64,000 bases of DNA, taken from NCBI GenBank assembly GCA_951406725.2, contig OX597814.1:196230001-196294000 (forward strand), written 5' to 3'. Below, piece by piece: positions 52,538 through 64,000 of this stretch (its first letter is position 1; the number at the start of each line of letters is the position of its first letter). A model generated the notes under the pieces. The model was given only the letters and a program-made list of their open reading frames with translations, was not told the origin of the DNA and searched no databases. The position numbers and the translations under genes were made by a program. This stretch comes from Octopus vulgaris. Taxonomy: Eukaryota.

Positions 52538-53003
52538 ACCCAGAAATTGAAAACAGAGGGTTACCCACTTGCAAACAAATGTGGTAACATATAACAATAT
52601 TGACCAAGGTTACCGTGGTCTTTTTCGTAGGCTTTTCTTCCCACGGATAAACCTTACTTGCTTTCCCCTTTACACTATATATCATAACACTGTGATACAC
52701 GATCCCTATTGATCGTCCTTTTTTTTCCTCTTCCCCTTTTTTCCCCCTTTTTTCTTCTTTTTTCATTTCTCTTTCCTTTTGTTCCTTTTCCTTTTCTTTT
52801 TTTTCTTTTTATTCTATTTATTTTATTCAATTTTTTTTTGTTTTTGTTCTTTTCTTCCCTTTTACGATCCCTCTTGATCGAAAACCTACGCCACCCCCTT
52901 TTTTTTTTCTTTTGTTTTTTGTTCTCTTCATCCCCCAAAAGAAAAGCTCTACCTTGTAACTTGTCCCATCTGTGTGCAGCCCTGTGTGGCCAATAAAGAA
53001 ACT
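50654..53003 (+). mobile_element. Tx1-like LINE inserted in (TATC)n
   Basis: GC-rich ORF, T-rich 3' UTR, ends gtggccaataaagaaact; (TATC)n at 50563-50653 and 53004-53090. Confidence 0.9.
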
Positions 53004-53010
53004 TATCTAT

Positions 53011-53092
<82 letters not shown>

Positions 53093-53286
53093 CCCTCCCT
53101 CCCTACTGACCTACCTACCTATCTACCTACCTACATATCTACCTACATACCTATCTACCAACCTATCTATCTATCTATCTATCTCCCTGTCTCCCTCTCT
53201 CCCTACCGACCTACCTACCTATCTACCTACCTACCGACCTATCTACCTACCTACCTATCTATCTACCTACCTATCTACCTACCTAC

Positions 53287-53356
<70 letters not shown>

Positions 53357-53617
53357 GTCTCCCATTTTTCTTCTTTTTTCATTTCTCTTTTCTTTTGTTC
53401 CTTTTCTTTTTCTTCTTTTTTTATTTATTTTATTTTTTATTTTTTTTATTCTATTATTTTTGTTCTTCTTTTTCCCTTTTACGATCCCTTTAGATCGAAA
53501 ACCTACGCCACCACTTTTTTTTGTTTCCTTTTTTTTTTTTTTTCATCCTCCAAAAGAAAAGCTCTGCCTTGTAACTTGTCCCATCTGTGTGCAGCCCTGT
53601 GTGGCCAATAAAGAAAC

Positions 53618-53618
<1 letters not shown>
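53357..53618 (+). mobile_element. Second, 3'-UTR-only copy of the same LINE in (TATC)n
   Basis: Homologous to 52742-53003 but diverged; same 3' junction aataaagaaact|tatcta. Confidence 0.9.
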
Positions 53619-53683
<65 letters not shown>

Positions 53684-53692
53684 GTCTATCTA

Positions 53693-53728
<36 letters not shown>

Positions 53729-54092
53729 CAACATATACACATTTACAGACGTATGTACGCGTATATATATGTTTATACGTGTGTTCATATGTGTACACAT
53801 GCTTATGCGTGTGTGTGTGTGTGTGCGTGCGTATGTATGTGTGTGTATACGTCTTTGTACGTATGAGCGCGTAGGTATATTTGTGTTTGCACGAGTACTA
53901 GTGTTTATATATATACGTATATGTGCGTCTGTGTGTGTGTAAGTTGAAAATTTAATTTCAAGACGTGTCTCATTATTATAAAAGAACAATAACAAAAAAA
54001 GAATCTCACTTTTTTTTTTTCGCTGAAGTCGACAGACTTACCGCTTCACACTCGTCAACTTTATTATCATGAACATCATCCGTTAATCCAAC

Positions 54093-54282
54093 TCTCCTCC
54101 TCTCCCCCCTCATCTCCCTCCCCGTCTCCTTATCATCCTCTTCTTCCTCCCCCTCCTTATCCTCCTCGTCTCCTTTCTCATCCTCCTCCTCTTCGATTCC
54201 TCATCCTAATCCTCATCCCCTTCGTCTCCTACTCATCTTCTTCCTCTCCTCCTCCTCCTCTATAGTCCTAGTCTTCTTCCTC
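54093..54282. repeat. Degenerate (TCC)n pyrimidine-rich tract
   Basis: Directly visible. Confidence 0.85.
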
Positions 54283-54315
54283 TTATTTCTACTACGCAAT
54301 TTATTTAAAATCCCC

Positions 54316-54387
<72 letters not shown>

Positions 54388-54455
54388 TGCATATATATAT
54401 AAGTGTGTCTGTATATATGTATGTATTACTCTATTTTATCGCTGATTGTTTGGTG

Positions 54456-54506
<51 letters not shown>

Positions 54507-54554
54507 AAATACATGTATCCGTATATATACATACAAAAATACATATATATATGT

Positions 54555-54591
<37 letters not shown>

Positions 54592-54617
54592 CACATATAT
54601 ATGTGTGTTTGTGTGCG

Positions 54618-54668
<51 letters not shown>

Positions 54669-55408
54669 GTATATATATATATGCACATACAGAGCCAGCG
54701 ATAGCATGCAGTAATCGTATTTTAATTCAGCTTACAGTTAAGCGACATTATCCCATATGTTACCTTTCTTTTCTTCCTTTTACTTACAATTTCTCTTCCT
54801 CATCCTCATCCGTTTGCTCTTCCTCTTCTCTGTTTAGTCTCTTTACCCTCATTTCCCTTTTCTCCAACTTTCTCTCTTTTACTCTGTCTTACTCTCTCTC
54901 ACTCTCTTTCTTTCTCGCATACGCACATACGTTCTCGCCTTTTCTCGCCTCTCCATTGAAATTCATTTCGTCTTTTTACGAACAGGTAAATGTTTTCAGA
55001 TAAACTAACTGTAAACATTGCGTACAGCAGCTTTCATATGAAAGATTCTATTAAAAGTAATCAAGTACAGACAAGTCACTGGGGGAGCAATACTTCTGCC
55101 TTTATAATCTAGTTATCATATAATGTCTTCAACAATAGCGGCATTCAAAATTTATTGGTGGCCATACAGCAATCTCTCTAGAGTCAACGATACTATTAAA
55201 CAAGTGACGCGAGATCTAACAATATCTTGCCTTTAGCTTCCTTATTTTTCTTCTTCTCTCGCTATATAATATACGTTTTATTTTATTATAGTTTAAATTA
55301 TGTTCTTTTTTTTTTCGTAGTTTTTGCATTTGTTTTGCATTTTATGATTAACAATGTGAAAGCTAAGTCACATTATACCTATGTATATACGTACGTACAT
55401 TTGCACGC

Positions 55409-55798
<390 letters not shown>

Positions 55799-57573
55799 GA
55801 GAGAGAGATATATATAAAAGGAATATACAGTTGCCTTTGAAATTAATGGCGATTATGTATCTATCATTACAGATTTAATGTATTATTTTTTTATTGAAAG
55901 TCTTGTAGTTTTTAACCGCCGTATGTCACCCCACCACACACGCATACACCCCCACACACATATGTATACAAATATATATATGTATGCATACACATTTGTA
56001 TGACTTTGTACGTGTGTGCGTGTGTGTGTATACTAACGATGACAATAACAACCAGACAGGTAATACCGAGAATAATTACGACAATGATGCGAAAAATATA
56101 CCTACATCAAGACGATGATGACGTTACTGCTGCTGATGCGTGTAGTGCTTCGACTAGTATTGTTGCTGATGACGACGATGATGATGGTGATGGTGAAGTT
56201 TTTGTTCTTGTCATGATTATGATGTCGACGACACAACTTTGATAATGCTGATGGTAATGAATGCGGTTTGAGAGAGATTCGGCTGTTATTACTAGCGGGT
56301 TTAACGACTGCCTAATACTGCTTTCACTAGTTTGTGTACATTTAGTTTCCTCTCACCTCGTATTTTATCTGTCTTTATGAAGTGTATAATAGACAGTAAG
56401 AGTAAAGTGAACTTGCCGTAAGCAGCAGCAAGTCCAACGTTTCGGAATTATTGTTTCTTCATGAGAAAAGTTGAAAGGAGAGAAATAAATGAGTAGCAGC
56501 ACAGTCTTACATTGTCTGTGTTAAAGAAAACGTGAAGCCAGTTTGTTTTTTAAACATAGAGAATGTAAAACACTTCTGTCTCTCTTTATTTCTCTCCTTT
56601 CAACCTTTCCTCTGAAAAAGACTGTTCGAAATTCTGGATGTTCCACTCCCCATAGGAAGTTCACTGTACTTTTTTTAATCGGTTTTACTACATAAATCTT
56701 GCCGACACAGAACGACAGCAGCCCCCTAGGAGTCTCTTTGATCATATTTTCTAAAGATACTCCATCCAAGGTTCTGAAATGTTTTTACATGTTACTATTC
56801 CTCATTGGTCATTTTACCCATTGTTTTCTAGCGGTAAGTAGGAAATTCCTGATATCCAAAGTTGTCCCTGCTACTACTGTTATTGTTGTTGAATGCTCAC
56901 GGTTTGGGTACATTTGACCGTAGGCAGACCTAGGATCAGAACAGATATCTACGAATAAACGTTAAATCAGTGGCATTACTTCTACTACATTAGGCTCTGT
57001 TTTCCCAGGATCGAATTATGAAATGTGCCCTTCGTTTGCAAGATGTTAATTATCCTTTGAAGGATATTTATTCCTATGTCCAATAGGTTTGTATACAATG
57101 TTCTCTAAACATATTTTCGTTACCTTTTACGCGTTTTAATCACTTGACTGCGACTATGTTGCAGCAATGTTTTACAGGATCTAGATTAACAAATCGATTC
57201 CTGTAGTGAGTTTTAAAAGCAATCATTCTACCGTTCCCTTTTACCGAAACGTTATGTTACAGGGATGTAAACTAATCAGTATCGGTCATAATGCGATGGT
57301 GGAAACAAAGGCACACAGACACACACACGCACAATACACGCGCAAATACACATAGACACACAAACAAAGGCACACAATTACTTACACACACAAATCTTTT
57401 CCTCGTTTTTCTTTTGGACTTCCATTTGTCTCCTGACTTCGATGAAGAGATTTCCTCGAAACGTAAAGCAACTACTCTTTCCTTCTCTGAGCGTCTTACT
57501 AATACTTTGCATGTACCAAGTCCTCACGTGGTTGTATTTTCTTGTCATTTTTCTCTGCTGTTTTAATTAATTG

Positions 57574-57616
<43 letters not shown>

Positions 57617-58076
57617 GGGGAATTCACCAATTAAAAAACAGAAGATGAAGACCCTTTTTCCAATTCAGTCTGTTGTTACCATTCCTCTCGGGGGCGGAGC
57701 TCTCCCTCCTCTGTAGGGGTATGCGCTTCATCTCTCTCACTCCATCCAGCAACGTATTTCGGACTCGCGCCGATATCCACAGCTTTGCGCGCCGTGTTAG
57801 GCTGTGTGCGCTTTTCCACGACACTCCACCTGCATCTGATGAGGAGGACTGCTTCACCGACCTGGGCCGCCAACCTGGGCCGCCGACCTGGGCCGCCGAC
57901 CTGGGCCGCCGACCATGCCTGTGGACGCCAGTTCCTGGCCATTTCCAAGCAGTCAATCTTTTTGCGGGCGCCTGCCAGCGTGCTGTGGACCGGTTTAACT
58001 TTTCCAGGCGTCCCCGTCAGCTGAACATAGCTCCAGCCGAATTCTCGGCTCTTCCATGTTTCCGGTGCCGCACTGA
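57617..58076 (+). pseudogene. Penelope-like ORF N-terminal fragment
   Basis: LSGAELSLLCRGMRF...DIHSFARRVRL...WTPVPG...NIAPAEFSAL..FR.RTD fits the PLE N-terminal pattern preceding IKPADKG; GC-rich; bounded by (TA)n/(CA)n; internal 13-bp repeat (cgacctgggccgc) x4. Confidence 0.8.
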
Positions 58077-58116
58077 CACACACACACACACACATACATA
58101 TATACATATATATATA

Positions 58117-58157
<41 letters not shown>

Positions 58158-58224
58158 AGATCATATAGAATCAGCAATCATATAGAAACATATCTTATCG
58201 GTTACAACATGTAATATCACCACT

Positions 58225-58620
58225 ATCATCATAATCATCATCATCATCATTTAACGTACGTTTTCTATCAAGGCTGTGTTAAACGGCTTGACCCGGTTCT
58301 ATTCTGTGTTTTGGTATGATTTCTACAGTTCGATGTCCTTCCTAATGCTAACCAATTTGCAGAGTGTACTGAGTGCCTTTTTGTGTGGTACCAGCACCAG
58401 AACTTTTTGCGAGGCACTAGCATCGGTGCTTTTTACTTGACACCACCAGCGAAGCTTTTTATGTGGGCGCTAGCAGCAGCGCTCTCTATGTGGAACCAGC
58501 AGCGGTGGTTTTTGTGTGACACCAGCAGCGGTGCTTTTTACGTGACACAAAAGCTGACAGGGTCACCAAGCACTTTGCAAGACAAAGTCACCTCAATTAT
58601 GCGTGGGAAGTAGCACTGAG
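58225..58620 (-). mobile_element. RTE-tailed SINE, degenerate, with internal ~27-bp minisatellite
   Basis: (CAT)n-tttaacgt tail; ggttagcattaggaaggacatc on minus strand; about 7 units of ggtgctttttatgtggcaccagcagc-like sequence at 58372-58547. Confidence 0.7.
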
Positions 58621-59073
58621 GGGATGTATCTTTGTGTCGGTTGAGAGATGTGAGGTATAGAAAAATGTCTAGTATGCCAGTGATTATATATAGTTGCACC
58701 ATATACTTCAAGTTTACTATGATGTAGTGCAGATATCGAAATAATTTCTTAGTTCTAAAGTTTTAAAGTTCTCTCTAGAATTCTGTATCTCCAGTCGCGT
58801 TGAGACTAAAACCAGATTACCGTCATTATACAGCAAGTATGTACGTGCTGTAACGTATTCGGGGGGACACGAAATCTCTTCGCTTCATTGTGTTTTATAA
58901 ACTTCTTCACAGCAGTTGTTAAATTTTGAAGACTCTGCCAACCTTTCACTTTTAGAAGTAAACGTGATTGCCTATTATTATTTAAATACTTCAAGTGATA
59001 TTTCAATTAATGCCTGATAACATATATATATAAAGGATATATATATATGTCTATATGTTGATATACATGTGTA

Positions 59074-59235
<162 letters not shown>

Positions 59236-60228
59236 TATATGTGTGTGTTTGAGCCTGTATGTCCGTGTGTGAATGCATGTGTTTGTGTGTGTGTAGTTAG
59301 CTAGTCAGCGATTTACACCTGTCAACATAACAGTGAGCTGAGGACGAATCGCTGTCACTGTTTTTCAATAACGAAGAATTACAAACAGCAACATATTCAC
59401 ATGAAATTCTGTTTCCAATTGGAAATCTTCCATAGCTAGTTTGCAGAGTTTCTTTTTTTCGGCTTCAGCAGTTGCCGTGAATATAATCTATGAAGACGTT
59501 ACTTTGATTACTAGTCTAGCTGTTTTATAGTCATGCCTCAAATTTGGTTAGAAAAGTTAAGAGGGTCACACATCCTGTTGAAAAATATAGTATTGCATTT
59601 TCTAATTTAGACACACACTGAGGAAAGTTTGTCGATTCAACGGAACACAGTTCACTGGGACGTATTTTGACGATCTTAGAATATTGAAAGGTGACCCAGT
59701 ACAGGTGTGGGAGGGGGTCACCTGTCATAAGCCATCTTACGATAACAAGTACTACCAGAAGCTAAACTGGAAAATATGTTCGCCAATTCACTAACGTGTA
59801 TTACAGAAAGTCATTGGTATTTTCTCTATTCAAACCACATGCACAAACTTTACATATTTTTCCAAAAACGACCAAAAGCGTCGATTGATTTGAATCAATT
59901 GTGAATCGCTGGAAATTGTCAGAAGAATCAGCTGGAAGACTTCTGCTGATATATGGACTCAACGTGAGTGACTTGTTGTTAAATAGCATCAACAGTTCAG
60001 CATCACCACCGCCGCCGTCGCTACCCCCCCCCCCCAACAACAACACAGAAAATAACAATACACATAGAACACAACAGCAAAGCTAGGTTGGAGCCTCTCT
60101 ATAGACAGTCGACTAGCTAGAAATATGAGTCACCGTGTATCCCCCCAAAAAGGACGCGATGGATGCAAATACTAACAAATTTGATTGCCTATTTTTCAAA
60201 GTAATTAAGGGATTTAATAATATTTTCG

Positions 60229-60599
60229 TCGGGCGAAATGCTTAGTGGTATTTCGTCTGTCTTTACGTACTGAGTTCAAATTCCACCGTGGTCGACTTTA
60301 CCTTCATCCTTTCGGGGTCGATTAAATACGTACCAGTTACGCACTGGGGTCGATATAATCGACTTAATCCGTTTGTCTGTCCTTGTTTGTCCCTTCTGTG
60401 TTTATCCCCTTGTGGGTAGTAAAGAAATAGGTATTTCGTCTGTCTTTACGTTCTGAGTTCAAGTTTCGCCGAGGTCGACTTTGCCTTTAATCCTTTCGGG
60501 ATCGATAAATTAAGCACCACTTGCGTAATGGGGTCGATCTAATCGACTGGTCCCCTCCCCCCAAAATTTCGGGCCTTGTGCCTAGAGTAGAAAAGAATA
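60229..60599 (+). mobile_element. SINE family D dimer
   Basis: Unit 1 with gtaaagaaata tail; unit 2 with gtgcctagagtagaaaagaat tail; flanking direct repeat aataatattttcgt. Confidence 0.9.
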
Positions 60600-60925
60600 A
60601 TATTTTCGTACAACTTGCAGCAGGCCCTACATGAAAGGTATACTTATCCTATGAATAATGAGCTTAACACATATATTCATTGGCGCCTGGCTGACGTACA
60701 GATGTTTCCCATATGCATTTTGGGTGGATTCATAGTTCCGTTGACGCAGTTGATTGATTTATCGATTGTAAAAATGGAACGACATTCACAAAGTAATACC
60801 ATCTTCAGATTCCGAGCAGTATGTCAGTCAGAATAGCTGGTTTATTTGTATTAACCGAGCCTAAGAAGCATCTTGCTACCGGATTAGTAATCCCTTATTA
60901 ATAATTATCTATCTATCCCTGTCTA

Positions 60926-61002
<77 letters not shown>

Positions 61003-61019
61003 GTCTATCTATCTATCTG

Positions 61020-61060
<41 letters not shown>

Positions 61061-61069
61061 ATATATATA

Positions 61070-61181
61070 TTTTATAGAAGGAGCTTCTACAGGACTAGAA
61101 CTGTTTCATTCAGATGAAATCTTTACTCTGCTATGTATTGAGTACCTTATTCACTGTGGTTAACCTCGACTCAACCCGGGA

Positions 61182-61183
<2 letters not shown>
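61070..61183. mobile_element. One-armed relative of the 6989 palindromic element
   Basis: tttatagaaggagcttctacaggactagaactgtttcattc...tttactctgctatgtattgagtacc...caacccgggacc. Confidence 0.8.
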
Positions 61184-61236
<53 letters not shown>

Positions 61237-62111
61237 ATTTTCCAATCATTCGCCATTTTGGACCGCTGAAATCTACGAGCTCTTTTTATTCTCTCTGTTT
61301 ATTTTCTCTTATTCCTTTCCGTTGAAGAGCATAAGCCCGAAACGTAAAAGACGTTTCATTTTACCCGTAAAACTAATACACTTGTTTGTTGTTCATAGAC
61401 CTGTCTTCTTATTTTTTCTATAAATTCGAAATATACACATACATACATATCTACAAACACACACACAAACTAAATGTTAACTGTTGGCGATTCGTTTCCT
61501 CCTTTTCTTTTGGACTTTCCTATGTCTCTTGTTTCCGAAGAAGAGCTTTGCTTGAAACGTAAAACAACCACTCTTTCTTTCCTTCTCTGAAGTCTTATCA
61601 CTACTTTGCATGTACCACGTCCTCACGTTGTACATACGAGGGGTTCCACACGGTTTCCGTGATAAATTCCTTCACAAGGCATTGATTGGCCGGGTCTCTA
61701 GTAGAAAGCTTTTGCCCTTGGTGTCGTGGCACTGAATAATCCCTTATTAATAAGTAACAAACTATATATAAATCTTTTTTCCCCAAACATTCGCCATGTT
61801 CGAGCGCTGAAGTCTGCAAGTTATTTTTTTCATTCTCTCTCTGTTTATTTTCTCTTATTCCTTTCTGGTGAAGAGCGTAGGCTCAAAACATAAAATACTT
61901 TTTTCATTTTTACCCCAGCGTGAAACTAATACACTTGTTCGCTGTTCATATACCTATCTGGTTTTTTTGGGGGGGAGGGGTCTATAAATTCCAACTATAT
62001 ACATACATACATACACACATACGTACATACATACACACACTCATATATATACTTATACATTCATACATACATACCTACATACCTACATACATACATATAT
62101 ATCTACACACG

Positions 62112-62142
<31 letters not shown>

Positions 62143-63184
62143 GTATACATGTATGCATGTATGTATATGTAACTGAAGATAAGCATTAAATTATATGTAA
62201 AAAAAATATATTGACCATAAGGGAAAGGACGTTTTCTGTTTAATATCCTTTCAGTTTCGGTTAGCATTAAAAAAACCGCCAAAACAAATGAACAATTACC
62301 GAGTTCAATCTGACAGCATCGATTTAGAAGAAAAATACTCGTATATAACACTGAATTGACACGATTGTTGCCTGTCTAGTATTTTAATTGCCTTCTGTTG
62401 GATAGCAAAATCACCTTATTGGATACATTATTCATTATCACGACATATTGAATATCAACGCAATCAAGATCTTTGAAGGGGTCTTCAACATGGGAGCTCA
62501 TCCATCATCTTCAGATGGATGCTGCGTTACCAGCTACAAAAGCATTCTTAGAAAATCCTCCACGTCAACGAAGGTAGTACAAGAGGCATTCTAATGTGTA
62601 GATACTACATACAAAATGCCAATCGCTCCTGAATGCATGATATAATAATAGATAAAATTAAATCCAACCTCTTTGTTGCGCAATTAATTTTCAGACCTTA
62701 AATATAGTCTTTATTCTCCCATCTCTAGCTATTCAAACTCATTATGTCACATTAAAACTAATAACACTGCAAAAAAAAAAACAAAAAAAATTCGCAAAAG
62801 CAAAGAACAACAAATATTAAGAATTCTAAAAAAAAAAATTAATTGGTGAATATATTATTCGTGGCAATTCTTGTTTTCTCGCATAAACTATAATGAGTGT
62901 GAATACACTATAATGAGAAAGAATACACTATTTTATTGTGAAAGGACAGACAGACAGACACACACACACACAAACACGCACGCGCGCGCACATAGCACCA
63001 TGAGCAAGAATGGAGAAAATCACATCATTATGATTACATAATTCATTACCTACACTATTTATTCTTGTATGTATGTCATTATCCAGTTTATTTTAAAATG
63101 TCTTGCCAATAGAGAAAGAACCGGTTTCTAACCTAGATCCAAGGCTCCTTCATTGGAATTTCAATATCAACAACAAGGTATTTT

Positions 63185-63505
63185 CGTTTGTATGTATGTG
63201 CAGATTGGTATGTTTTAGGTATGTATTCTCATTCATATAGTTACATATCTAGATATGCTCATATATATTTAAATGATAAACTTCTGGAAAGTTTTACAGA
63301 TTTGTACAGTTCCGGTGATGGATTGGATCTGTAGTATTCGAATTAGCTTTCTCCTTTCTAGTCTTGAGAAGCCCAATTTCTCAAGATTGGTATTTAAGCA
63401 GTGTGTTTACACACCCAAGTGCCCCAATAATTACAGGTATAAACCTGAACTTGTAATCTGGATAGAGTATCTGCAGATTTCTTAATAGTTCAGCATAGCT
63501 GTTCC
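63185..63505 (-). pseudogene. R4/Dong-type 3' fragment beside (CATA)n
   Basis: NSYAELLRNLQILYPDYKFRFIPVIIGALG..., homologous to 11745-12760. Confidence 0.8.
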
Positions 63506-63759
63506 ATTTTCCATTGATATGTATATATGCCTGTATGTATGTACGTACGTATGTATGTATGTATGTATGTATGTAAGTATGTATGTATGTATGTATATTT
63601 TTATGTATGTATATATGCATGTATGTATGCATCTATGTATGTATGTATGTATGTATGAATGGATGGATGGAAGAATGGATGGATGAATGTATGCATGTAT
63701 GTATGTTTGTGTGCATTTATGTACTGACGTACGTACGTATGTATATATATATATATATA

Positions 63760-63935
63760 TTATTTAAAAGCAGCAGGAATATAACAAAAACTGTTACTCG
63801 GAGTTTCACGGGGACGTGGAACTCTGAGTAACAGCTTCTGTTATATTTCTGCTGCTTTTGAATAAAGCATATTACTCTACCTCTTGTATTTGAGAACTAT
63901 TTTTCGCCCTTGCTTCACATTTATGTGCTTACTCC
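63760..63935. mobile_element. Fold-back element family F
   Basis: aaaagcagcaggaatataac..ctgttactcggagtttcacg / cgtggaactctgagtaacag..gttatatttctgctgctttt. Confidence 0.8.
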
Positions 63936-63981
<46 letters not shown>

Positions 63982-64000
63982 GGTTAAGTAATTGAGATTC

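Noticed and set aside
59400-60060. Coding-like stretch with short ORFs on both strands
   Set aside because: Stops in all frames and no recognisable domain; possibly a decayed transposase, but unsupported.

Overview
AT-rich eukaryotic, essentially gene-free window, most likely from an octopus or related cephalopod (inferred from the SINE families and microsatellite density). It is dominated by (TA)n, (TATC)n, (TAA)n and (CATA)n microsatellites and by transposable elements. Nearly all listed ORFs are translations of simple repeats. The only long real coding region is a 5'-truncated L1/Tx1-clade ORF2 (50654-52537) sitting in a (TATC)n array. Other contents: at least five tRNA-derived SINE families, Penelope GIY-YIG and N-terminal fragments, R4/Dong-type fragments in (TAA)n, CR1 and RTE 3' fragments, a decayed Gypsy element, Merlin-like and Tc1/mariner non-autonomous elements, and one 5S rRNA retrocopy. 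Two cross-window patterns stand out. (1) A shared, non-poly(A) 3' terminus (...CCTTGT..TGTCCC.TCTGTG...GCCC..GTGG..ARTAAAGAAA) links the Tx1-like LINE, a Meta-type SINE and two short-ORF elements stacked at one site in a Gypsy LTR; its last ~11 nt also end the 5S retrocopy, and the passengers carry 14-15 bp TSDs. (2) Many fold-back elements in (TA)n tracts carry minimal hammerhead-ribozyme motifs from about six unrelated families. Coordinates were read by eye and may be off by a few bases. No database searches were run.
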